Source: Eledone cirrhosa | Lineage: Eukaryota | Length of the DNA stretch: 64,000 nt | Direction of reading: 5' to 3' | NCBI GenBank assembly: GCA_964016885.1 | Contig: OZ024740.1 | Location: forward strand, 179,242,001-179,306,000 | Shown: one piece after another, positions 38,047 to 50,180 of the stretch | How the letters are laid out: every line of letters starts with the position of its first letter | Position numbering within the stretch: the first letter of the stretch is position 1 | The notes under the pieces: model-generated | The model's input: only the letters and a program-made list of their open reading frames with translations | Told to the model about the DNA's origin: nothing | Databases searched by the model: none | Position numbers and translations under genes: made by a program

Positions 38047-38939
38047 AGGACCGCGACGACTCAGCTCCGGCCATTTCGACAGCTAGATCCGTATATATAT
38101 ATATATATTAAGACAGGGGGGAAGAAAAAAATGGCTTCACTTGTGCTTTCAACAAATTTATTTTCTTCACAAAATCCAAAAATAATTTTTTTCCGGATTA
38201 GAAAAAAAAAAAAAAATTTTTTTCTTTTTTTCAATAAATTGAGTCGTTGGTTGTTGGTTAGGTCTTAGGAGTTCTTGGTTAACGTAGGAGGTATTGTTTA
38301 GTTTTTAGAAAGACCTTTCACGCTGAGGTGCGCTTGTCAAACTGATGTGTATGTGCTGTGTTGTTCTATATATAGGGATTTAACATGTTTGTGGTGCGGT
38401 GGGGTTTTTTTTCTCCCCCTTTAATAAGTGTAGGGGTGTAGGTGTGTTGAAAAAATGTTAATAGCAGTAATGAGTTGAGACAGTGAGTAGGGTTGGGTGG
38501 GGAGAAATGTAGCAAGCGCGGCCTGCCCCGGTCATTCTCGAAAAATTCCTTTATTCAGGGGAAAAAGCTTTTAGTATTCCTTTGTGTCGAGAATGGTCAT
38601 AGGCAAACCGCACCTGCCAAGCTTGTAAACAATTATTTTTTTCTGAAGAATTTTTCTACGTCCATCCCAAAATTAGTCCTTTGTTCAACACACACATTTG
38701 TGCGTATATACGTACATACACACACGGGCATATGTAGGAATATATAGGCACACACCATCAATCACACACCCATGTACATATACATCCACATACATACATA
38801 AAAACATATAAAGACACATATACAAACACATATACACATACGTACACACACGAATATGTACTCATACCTCCATATGGGTATATATATATATACATACATA
38901 TACATATATATACACACATAAAGATACATAACTAAATAT

Positions 38940-38982
<43 letters not shown>

Positions 38983-39202
38983 TACACACACACTCCTAAG
39001 ACTCAATTTATAAAAAAAAAAATTTTTTTTTTAAAAATTTCTTTCTAATCCGGAAAACAATTCTTTTTGGATTTTGTGAAGAAAATAAATTTGTTGAAAG
39101 CACAAGTGAAGCCATTTTTTTCTTCCCGCCTGTCTTAATATACCTAACTGTACCAAGGATTACACACATTTTCCAATATTCTATCCCCTTGTACAAGACA
39201 CA

Positions 39203-40416
39203 ATGGCTAACACACGTTCAAAATCCTCTACTGAATCCCTCAAATCGGAGACACTACTACAGGAAATATCAGAAAAACTCACCATAATAATAGATAAATA
39301 TGATTCCCTTACGAATGCCGTACAAGAAATGGAACAACAAACATGCAGCTATAGGGAAAAACTTGATCCACTAATTACAGACCGACAAAACAAGAACAAA
39401 CCTTTTCCCCCGAAATAGCTACACATGAACAGAACTCCATCACCAATAATGCATTCAAAGAATGGAATGAACTGAATCTAGAAAAAGAAGCCTACAGAAA
39501 AAGAAACCAAATGAAAAACATTTGGAACCAACTATTAAATCAAAGAAAACAGGCATACTGGAAAGCCTTGAGGAGTGAAAACCTAGCAGACACATACGAA
39601 ATATGGCGCAGCAAGGAACCAGTTATCCTCCCGAGAAAATTCCGAATTAAAGAAATACCATCGGAATCAAAGGAAGAAGCTGCAACAAGACTAAATCTAG
39701 CACTCCAAACACTTGAGACCGAAATCACCCTACTCTGCCTAAGAGTGCCAAAATTCAAAGAGAAATTTGAAAAATGCGGCACCACCATCCAAGAGGAAAT
39801 AAACAAAAGAAGCAGCGGCAATGTACGTGAAAAACTCCTTAACCTATGGCAGACAGATACAACTAGAGAGGAGTTAAAATCAAAGAAAATCTTGGAATCA
39901 AGAACTCAATGGCTTCAAGAATATGAAGATAACTATGGGAAAGACCAAATAAAACCCAGAAAACAAACCCATAGGAAACCCCAGAACTCAGGAAAATACA
40001 ACAACACAAGAAATGAAGCACCCACACACAATAAACCAACAACAACCAGATATCGGGTAACCCCAAACACACAACTACATACAGACCCAATACTCAACAC
40101 CAGAACCAGATACAACCACTGCCATAACATCAAGAACAATTACCGGAGACAAAATCAAAGACACATGAATACTGAACGAAACAACAGAAGAATCAGACCC
40201 CCATACAGCAACGACCATGCAAGATTCTATCGCCCAACCAGTCACCGGCATGAAGTTCAGGCGGGCCAAAGGTTTCACCACAACAGAAACACCCCTATCC
40301 CAAATGGCACCCATTTTTTAGGACTAGGAGCCTCGCACCAAATGAAAGAAAAAAAGAAAAAAGCACCACCTTTCAAGTGGCACCTGACGAGAAAGAACCA
40401 ATCGAACCAAAAATAA
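39203..40416 (+). pseudogene. PLE ORF1 / N-terminal helical (coiled-coil-like) and basic region, about 400 aa
   Basis: ORFs 39203-39418 and 39511-40416 join across a 1-nt deletion near 39390 that copy A lacks. Confidence 0.75.
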
Positions 40417-42559
40417 TCAATATATCAGCCAAGAAATTAACACAACCAGAAATACAACTGTTAGAAAATGGACTGAAGTTCACTCCCGCTCCGAAAGCAG
40501 ATACAGCCGATGTTATAAAAGACACAGAAGAATACTGTCGAAAATTAAGCTTAGGAGAATTCTTCCAGGGTGTACAATACGGGGAAGAATCACTGGTGAA
40601 AAACAAAAAGAACTTCACACCCCCGCTCAATAGAGATAAATACCTGGAGGAGTACATAACCTGCCTTCGCCGATCAGCACGTACAAATACGGCCGAGACG
40701 AAACACAAACGCAACATCCCTACAGACCAACTACTAGCATTGAACAAGCTACAAAGGGATTCCTCAATAATAATAAAAGAAGCGGACAAAGGTGGAGCAA
40801 TCGTCATCATGGACATAAACCACTACAAAGATATGGTTCTAGCAGACTTGAATGACGAAAACTTCTACAGGAATATCACTAAAAACGAAGAAAGGAAATC
40901 GAGGAATCAAATAGGCAAACTAACAACAAAGTACCAAAACAACCTAACACCAAAAGAAGTAGATTACCTAACCAACTTCGAAATGAAAACCAGCAATTTC
41001 TATGGATTACCAAAAATTCACAAATCCATAGAAATTCAAAACAACATAAAAGGGAAAAATACATCGAAGCACCAAAACCGACAGACTTAAAATTACGCCC
41101 CATTATTGCTGGCCCAGCCTCAAGCACCCAACGTCTAAGCAACCTATTAGACATCATACTCAAACCCCTATGTAAAAAAGTTCCAAGCTACATCAGAGAT
41201 GATATGGAATTCCTTAACTATATCCCCCAAAAAGTACACCAGGATACAATCCTAGTCAGTTTTGATGTAATAAGCCTGTACACTAACATCCCACACGACC
41301 TAGGGATTGAAGCTGTGGACTTCTGGATTACAACGAACTTTATCTACAACGAACTTTATCTACAAATAAAAGGAACAGCCAAGGGTACCAAAGTGGCCCC
41401 TACATATGCAACGCTCGTTATGGGTCACTTAGAGGCAAAATTATATTCCCAACTACAGATAACATTCAGTCACGACTTCGCCTTCTACATTAATAAAAAC
41501 TGGAAACGTTACCTAGATGACTGCTTCATCTTCTGGAACAGAAGCCAAACAGACCTACAAAAATTTTATTCGATCTTAAACAGGCTTCATGAAGCTATAC
41601 AATTCACTATGGAATGTAACGAAAAGGAACTGCCCTTTCTAGATATCCTCATCATTAAAGAAGGGGAAAATATCATAACGGACCTATTTTGCAAACCCAC
41701 TGACACACACCAACACTTAAATTTCCGGTCAGCACACCCCTCATATACGAAAAGGAACATTCCCTTCAACATGGCAAGGCGCATCTGCACTACAGCAACA
41801 CACCCCGTACTACAAGAAAAAAGATTATGTGACCTGAAAAAATTCCTTAAAAAACAAGAATACCCGATGAAACTCATCAACACAGCCATCTCCAAGGCTA
41901 AGAACATCCCAATAATAACACTGAGAAAACCAAACCCACAACATAAAAAAGAAAACCCTGCTATCTCTTTTGTCATCACTCACAACCCAGGGAACGTCAA
42001 CATTGTGAAAACTGCTAAACAATATCTCTCGATTCTACAGCAATCTACCAAAATGAATGCACTCTTAAAAAAGACACAGATAATTTATAGCAGACACCAA
42101 GCACCCAACCTTAAAAATCTAATTACCAAGGCAAAATTTACGACCAAAATGGAATCAATGCAAGTGACGTAATGCGGGGACCCTAGATGTGGAACCTGTG
42201 AACTCATCGAAGAGGGCAAACAGTTGTCCTTCAAAAACCATGATAATTTCAAGGTCAATGCAAACATGAACTGCAAAACGAAAAACCTAATATATTGCGC
42301 AACATGTCCACAGTGTAAAGAGTATTACATTGGGGAAACCGGAACGGGACTACATGATAGAGTCCGGGTACATAAACAACAAACTAAAGACCCCACAGTC
42401 AGAAATACCACATGTAGCGCACACTTTGCATCATGCGGGAAGGGAAAATGTACAATCTTCCCTTTCTTCAAGATATGGTCGGATAACGAACATTTCCGCA
42501 GATATAAAGAAGAATTCTTCATTGAAAAATTTAAACCACTACTGAATACGAAAAAATGA
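40314..42559 (+). pseudogene. PLE reverse transcriptase + Cys linker + GIY-YIG endonuclease
   Basis: INIS..LT..EIQLLENGLKFTPAP, KEADKGGAIVIMD, FYGLPKIHK, LRPIIAG, FDVISLYTNIPH, RYLDDCF, LPFLDILI, CGDPRCGTC, NLIYCATC..YYIGET. Frameshift near 41055, deletion near 41335, TAA at 42170. Confidence 0.95.
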
Positions 42560-43138
42560 ATTAACACTCGGAGGTAAAATTCCATTTCACTAACCCCCCC
42601 CCCCTCTTCTTATGTGTACACATGAATATATGTATGTATATGTATATATATATATATGTATGTATATGTATGTGTATGTATGTATGTGAGTATGTATGTG
42701 TTTGTATGTGTATGTATATGTGTATATATATATGTATATATATATATGTATATATATATAGAGATATATATATATGTGTATATATATGTATATGTGTGTA
42801 TGTGTCTGTATGTGTTTATGTGTATGTATATATATATATGTATGTCTGTGTGTATGCCTCTCTCTCTATATATATATATATGTGTGTATGTGTGTGTGTG
42901 TATGCATGTATGTGTGAACGGATGTATATATACGGACATATGTATGTATGTGTGTGTGTGTACACGTGTGTGTGTATGTGTGTGTGTATGTGTATTTTTA
43001 AAAAAAATTTTCTAATCCGGAAAAAAATTGTTTTTGGATTTTGTGAAGAAAATAAATTTGTTGAAAGCACAAGTGAAGCCATTTTTTTCTTCCCCCCTGT
43101 CTTAATATACCTAACTGTACCAAGGATTACACACATTT

Positions 43139-43227
<89 letters not shown>

Positions 43228-43400
43228 AGTGTGTGTGTATATATAACTATCTCTCTCTATATATATACAGATAAATCCACCAATTAATGGTAGGATCCAA
43301 GCCGTATGAAGAACTCAATGTAATCTGTATGTAGATGTCGTGAAGGAAAGTTTAAAATACAAAATTTCTACGATATAATTCATTGGAAGCAGAGTCAAAA

Positions 43401-43651
43401 TAATACAAATAGTGAAAACAATGAAATTAAAGAAAATTCATAGTAAAACTCATTATTTTACTATCGTTTCTGTGGGGGTAGTTCTCTGTATGTTCATTCT
43501 ATTACTTTGATAATTTGTAATATATTTTACATAGATGACTAATAGAATGAACATATAGAGATCTACCCCCCAGAAACGATCGTAAAATAATGAGTTTTAC
43601 AATGAATTACCCGTATTATGTTTAATTTCATTGTTTTCACTATTTGTATTA
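43401..43651. repeat. Palindromic element with hammerhead 3' halves in both arms
   Basis: Arms about 43401-43504 and 43540-43651. GAAAC-GATC-GTA at 43573-43584, mirrored at 43459-43470; related fragment at 56035-56115. Confidence 0.85.
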
Positions 43652-43826
43652 TATATATATACATACATATGGAATGAGATTTTAATATATCTCATATAAA
43701 ATAATACAGTCGATTATCCACACAATACAATATAGCTAGCACCCCAAACGTTTAATTAGGGAATATACTCCGGTATTTCCTAATGTTTGTTGAGTGAGTT
43801 GGAAATAATAGCTTTCTCCGTTTATG

Positions 43827-43880
<54 letters not shown>

Positions 43881-43969
43881 AATACATACATAAGCGTTAA
43901 TAATATATAACTTAGATAGGTTACAAATCCCAATTGATTACGTATTCCTTTGTGTTTGTTTAGATGATA

Positions 43970-44016
43970 TACATGCCGATGAAAGCCCGACTAGGCTTGA
44001 AAACTGATTATTTGTA
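43970..44016 (+). ncRNA. Degenerate minimal hammerhead ribozyme
   Basis: tacatg-CCGATGA-aagcc-cgacta-ggctt-GAAAA-ctga-TTA-tttgta. Confidence 0.6.
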
Positions 44017-44807
44017 CTGATTTAGTATTTTTCAGACTTACGGCGAAGTGCGTATTTGACATATTTATATATATACTAAAATTGTTTACATTTATTCACA
44101 CATTGACACACTCGCGATTGCTTCTATTCTGTTGATATAGATATGTAACTATATCATTTATTACACACACATAAACACACACACAAAGCGACACACCCAC
44201 ATACACACACACACAGTAATAATAATGACAACTTTATTATTGTCATCAATGTTATTGAGAAGAGAAAAATGTTCACATTTTTTCTTATTTCTATATGAGC
44301 CTTTTGCACCACCTTTGGAACGACGAAGTTCCAAAATCTAGAATCAAGGTTTCTCGAATTCTGCAACCTAATCATCAGTATCTGAAGTGTTGTTGGCTTT
44401 TGTACTGTCAATTTCATTACAGGCTAATATAATTTATAAAACCTTCATAGTCAGAATTTGTGTTGGCTTTTTCACCGGAATGTGAAAATTGATATTTACT
44501 CGTCAGATGTTTACGTCACCAGTTATCTGTTAGCTTCGTTTGCTACCTGTATATGTTGTATATTAATTTTTAGCAAAGGATTTAACAGTTTAATTGGCTT
44601 GAAAAGGCAATGAGGTAAGAAGTCGGATCTACAGGAAATATTATGTAATGGAGGACGATTTTGAACCTGAAAACTGGTGAAACGTGCGTAACGGAATAAA
44701 GATATGTTAAATTAATCTATCCATTGTTTATATATATATTATATACCTGTATATCTCACATTTAAAGGGAAGCAGCAAACAGGCAAATCAAGCGAGAGAA
44801 AATTATA

Positions 44808-44845
<38 letters not shown>

Positions 44846-44920
44846 GAAAAGTATAGAAATTATTGTAGCAAGAAGTCACCAGTATTCCATAATATATAAG
44901 TGACTATAGCGTCAAAATGC

Positions 44921-44977
<57 letters not shown>

Positions 44978-45554
44978 GGGAAATTGCGTTTGCACGAGAG
45001 CGTGCGTGTGAAAAAGCTAGTTGGATATATACATATAAAACCCTTTCGACCAATCGTGTTCTTTCTAATGTTGACTAAAACAGGAATAATTGGTTTGTCG
45101 TGTTAAACATACTAAAGAATTCTCATCTAATCAATTGATTCATTTTTTTACATTTTATAAACACTAAGTTATTTTAATGTGTAAATCTATATTTAAATAC
45201 ATAATTATCTATTTTACAGACATCGGCTATATTTTTCAGCCTGAATTCGCTGCTTTATTGTTCGAAACTAAATTCTTTTTATTGAATAGCGTAGCATAAA
45301 ATTTAAACGATATAAAAATTCAGACACTGAAATAGCTGAGTAGTTTGTCATCCTCTTTGATAAACAAGATTGTTTACTCGTTAATATAACAGTATAGTGT
45401 AGCAAATTTAGATTTCGAAATTTTCAGTCTTATCTAATTTCTATAAATTGTGTAGTATGGTCTATTGGCAGAATCAGAACAAATAGACTGCTGTATTTTT
45501 CTTGGACCTTTACGTTCTGAGATCAAATCTCAAGAAATGCTCTAGCTTTAGCAT

Positions 45555-46040
45555 TTGGTCATCAGAAGAATAGATGTAGTTGAAACAGCCAAACTCGCTA
45601 TGTTCAATTTGGTATTTGTGCCAGCTCTTACATATAGTCATGAATGTTGGGTTATGACCGAAAGAATGTGATCGCGAATACAAGCCACCGAAATGTGGTT
45701 CCCCCGAAGGGGCTTCGGAGTATCGCTACACGATAGAGTGTGTAGCTCGGAAACCAGAGAGTCACTCTAGATAGATCCACTATATTTAATTGAGAGGCCA
45801 CAACACCGACACGGCGGACGTGGTTTGAATGTTTAAGGAAATTATCAATAGAGAGATATTACTGAGGAAACCATCCGGCTGGAACCCTGGGGTAGACCTC
45901 AAGCATGACGGTTAGATAACATCCATGAGCTCGGCTAGTCTTGATAGGATATCCTGCCGGATCAATCTGAGATAGTTGCTTCTGATAGGTACCGCTGGTA
46001 GGCGTGTTTGAAAACTCTTCCAGGTATAACCGTGCAAAGA
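45555..46040 (+). mobile_element. Second RTE (Expander/Rex3-like) 3' fragment
   Basis: AKLAMFNLVFVPALTYSHECWVMTERM*SRIQATEM; colinear with the reverse complement of 21800-22230. Confidence 0.8.
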
Positions 46041-46044
46041 ATAA

Positions 46045-46252
46045 TAATGGTTTTCGATTTAGGCGCAAAGTCAACAATTCTGAAAGTTGATTAAATCTAC
46101 CGCAGACCGTTACTGGTACTTACTTTTATCGACCCAGTAAGGATGAAAGGCAAAGCTAGCCTTGCTGGGATTTGAACTCAGAACGTAAAAGTACACAATT
46201 CTATGTCACAAAGTATGTTATCCGACGCTCTACCGATATTGCCAATCCACGG
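46045..46252 (-). mobile_element. SINE
   Basis: Core, B-box and A-box on the minus strand. Confidence 0.85.
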
Positions 46253-46869
46253 TTCTGAACAACAGCTTCTAATAATACTAACAATAACAAGAAGAGAGGC
46301 AAAAGTAATAATGACGTAGATAGGTTGCTACACCTAAATGCCAATTAAATGTTTCCATACCAAGAGAAACTGTGCTGATAATAATGAAATCTTTCATGTA
46401 TTACAAGTAGAAATAGTATTTCTTCTATAATGTGAGATTTAGTGAACTTTGCTTAGAGTAACACCATATTGTTCGAATGGGAGTTTAATTCGTAAGAAAT
46501 ATGACAAAGGAGTTTTCTTCTTGTCAACATGTCAAGAATGGAATTATTCTACATGAATGTTTCATAACCTTGGTGCTTAAAATATAGTTGCACAACTGAA
46601 ATATCACAGTTGTATCACATATTCTGCGATGTTTAAATGTCGTACAATAATCATTGAAAATAACTGGACGAATTGATATAAAAATATTTGAAAGTATTTT
46701 GGGCATGCAGCAACCGATTCAAATATATTATTCATAAATTGCATAAGAGATTTCTATATACATCTACCACCTGCCTACCTACAGAAAGTGTAGTGGACAT
46801 GTATGCTCACGCCTGAAGTGACATGTACACATTTCTTTATACTAACATAATGTGATACTTAACAACCTT

Positions 46870-47075
46870 ATAATTGTTTTTATTTTTGGCACAAAGCTAG
46901 CAATTTGAATGGGAAGGGGAAAGTCGAAGAAAACGATCAGTGTTACTGGTACTATATATTTTCGACCGCAAAGAACTAACTCCAGCAGGATTTGAACTCA
47001 GAATGTAAAGGGCCGTAAACATAAGCCGGAAAGCATGTGTCCGATGCTCTACCGATACAACCAATCCACCGCCCT
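46870..47075 (-). mobile_element. SINE, degenerate
   Basis: ggatttgaactcagaatgtaaagggccgtaa...ccaatccaccgcc. Confidence 0.8.
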
Positions 47076-47946
47076 ACATTTGACATGATAACAAAAAAAA
47101 ATATTATTGCTATCTAACTTTTTTATTTTCAGTTACAGAAATTAACATTCAATATCCCATATCAACAAACACAATTTCGAAACGCCGATATTCTGCACAT
47201 TTAAACACGACCACCCACAGAACAATTTAAATCCCCCATTAGTGGTGAATATCAACCAAGTTAGGAAACCCTGTTGTAGTGGATTCTATTCATATTAGTA
47301 AATCTTCTACGAAGAAAAATCAATAGATGCCATTGTATAAAGTGTAATCATGAGAATAAAAAATATATATTCCAGCACCATTGAATTTTACTCATATAGT
47401 GTTTTTGTATTGATAGAGAAGCTGCTTATGTTTGCTAAAACGGAAAGTAACTGTACAAATGTACAAGTATTCAGATAAATCTGTTGACACTATTATATTA
47501 TCACCTGCCATGAATGGTCTGGACGCTCTTTTGATTTTATCAGATTGTTTTTAGCATGCTTATTACGTTTTTTATTCTATGGTTTATTTCAAACTTCGAA
47601 AAAACGTAAAATAAAAAAAATAAAAAATAGCAAACTGGCAAATAACAATCAAACTGATATAGTATATTATTATTATTATTGTTATAAAATAAAGTATCAG
47701 TAATGTACTGGGATAACAGTAGAAACAGTTATTATTGTTATTGATTTTGTCTGTCTGGTAGCTATGGCGAAAGAGGCCGTATGGTTGACGTGTCTGAAAG
47801 TGCTGAAGACGGCACTTTCCTTTTCGACGAAAGAAGCATAAATGTTGTTTAACTAGGAAAAATAATCTTATAAACTGGGTATATAAACCTTGAAGTTGGA
47901 AAACATTTGTACAGCAGAATCCATATATTTGTGATTGTGTGTGAGC

Positions 47947-47988
<42 letters not shown>

Positions 47989-48126
47989 TCATGCGTACGC
48001 ACGTGCTCAAGTATAGCTCTTTTTACAAAACGTTTTTTTTCCATTTCAGGTAGAAGCCGGCCATCATCCACTTTTCTAAAAAACAAATCATACACAAAAC
48101 GCCAGCACCAACAGTTTTGCAAGAGA

Positions 48127-48854
48127 TGTCAACATGAATGGACCTATTATTTTTATCTAAAGAAATGTTTTCCAATACCACCCCGCCCGTCCCCTTAATC
48201 TATTTTATTTCTCATTCTTTCTTCTGATGAAGGACTAGCATCCGAAACGTGAAGACCCTGCTATATCAAGCGTTAACCTAATATATACCTTCCATATACT
48301 GTACCGATTGTGTTGTTATTTCAGTTTACCTTATATATATATATATATATCAACGTTTACGTGGACCTCTCAAAACTCGTTGCATTTTCTAATTGGATTT
48401 TCACCCCGAAACTGGATACCAATTCCGAAACCGGAGTACACCTGAACTTCCACCAGGAAATCTTTCGTATCTTTGACATTTTCTTTGCTTCTTGCTTTCA
48501 TTTAAATATTCCATGACTCTCTACCACTTTTCCTCAACTACAATCTTCTTACATCACCTTCTTCTTCTCACCCGTCTACTTTTCACTCCCAACCTATTAC
48601 CTTCAATATGCCCAATCTCAAATCTTTTCTCCGCCAGCTCCATTCTACTCTCAAGCGCTTATGTCAACATGAATGGACCTATTATATTTATCTAAAGACA
48701 TTTTATCCAATTCAAACCCGCCCATCCCTTCAATCTATCTTATTTCTCATTCTTTCTTATGATGAAGGACAAGCGTCCGAAACGCTATATCAAGCGGTAC
48801 CCTAATATATCCAGTCCATATACTGTACCGATTGTGTTGTTATTTCTGTTTACC

Positions 48855-48857
<3 letters not shown>
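48127..48857 (+). mobile_element. Two direct about 200-bp repeats, each carrying a minimal hammerhead (tandem pLTR / retrozyme-like)
   Basis: Units 48127-48332 and 48662-48857. tctt-CTGATGA-aggactagcatcc-GAAACGTG-aaga (48220-48255) and ATGATGA-aggacaagcgtcc-GAAACG (48759-48784). Confidence 0.8.
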
Positions 48858-48935
<78 letters not shown>

Positions 48936-48936
48936 T

Positions 48937-48974
<38 letters not shown>

Positions 48975-50014
48975 TTATTTATATGTATGTGTGAGTGTGT
49001 GTGTGTATGAGTGTGTATATTTGGGTGGATGTGTGTGTGCATGTATATGCTTTTATAATTCGCCCGTATACTTATTAGTGAAAGTTTTACGTATCAGTGT
49101 GAACCCAACACCCTGCTACCTTTGTACATCAATTTCAATAAAACTGAAATAAAGTCATTGCAGTTGGAAGTAATGCAAAATAGATTTAATCAAAATCGAA
49201 ACCGTAACTGAAGCTATGGTTACCGAATGCGTTACTTCATTTGAAGTCTCTGCAATTGTAATCTAATAAAAAAAAATATATATATATATATCACATGAGA
49301 AATTTATTATAAAACTAAAAAAAAAAAGAAATGAACAAAGATATTGAATGTGAGGTGGGTGGTTTGAATTAAAACAGTAACAACAAAACAAAAACATATG
49401 GAAACAAAGAAACAATACAAATAGAATTATTTCTGATTCTTTTGTGTCTTTGAGATGTTGGAGTGCATTAGAAATTCTAAATCACAGTCGCAGGATTGGA
49501 TATCGCGAACAGAAGTCATGGAAATTATTTTGATAAAAGGAAGAGAATTGGAAATAATTTGCATAGAAGTTTGGAAATGGTGACGGTAGCGGAGACAAGA
49601 GTAGCGGTGGTATAATAATTGTGGTAGATGAGATGTTGGGGGGTGTTGTGGTGTTGGTTATAGTGGTTATGATGATGTTTAAGATGGTGGTAGTGTTGAT
49701 GTTGAATGATGGTCGTGACGAATGTGGTGTTTGCGATAATTAGATTATAAGATTGCAGTGGAGACGGAGTAGACTATATGAAATAATACAGATAGTAATA
49801 GTGGTAGGGGTGTTAGTTGTTTGGTAGAGATGGTGATTATGGATGCAACGAATATACATTTTGTAGTGATGGCAACTGTAATGCTGGTAATATAACTCAT
49901 GAAACTAGCACCAGTAGTGTTGGTGGAGATTGCGATGGTGTAAAAAGCCAGTGAAAGGATGCTGTGTCGGTGTTGGATAAAATCTACCAGAACTAATTCC
50001 ATTCATGATATGAA

Positions 50015-50180
50015 ATGGGCGCAGGCATAGCAGAGTGAATGAGATATTCGCATCACAATAGCATAATTGTGAGTTCGAGCTCAATGCATGGCACTTTATT
50101 CACGTTTTCTCTACTATAGTCTTGTGTTACCCAATGCTGTGTGAGAGACATTTTTTCAACTGGAACTGTATGGAAACTAG
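50015..50180 (+). mobile_element. Degenerate tRNA-derived SINE (third type)
   Basis: ggcgcaggcatagc..gagttcgagctc..ggcacttt..ttctctactatag. Confidence 0.5.

Larger units (their letters stand above)
38105..43146 (+). mobile_element. Near-complete Penelope-like element, copy B: inverted pLTR + partial direct pLTR + ORFs + 3' pLTR
   Basis: 38108-38210 is the reverse complement of 39030-39140; 39025-39178 recurs directly at 42998-43146; (TA)n on both flanks. Confidence 0.93.

Noticed and set aside
39380-39418. Frameshift within ORF1 as a second programmed shift
   Set aside because: Copy A is in frame across this point; copy B has a 1-nt deletion.
42170-42172. In-frame stop before CGDPRCGTC as possible selenocysteine or read-through
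   Set aside because: It is TAA, and copy A has Lys there; it is a point mutation.
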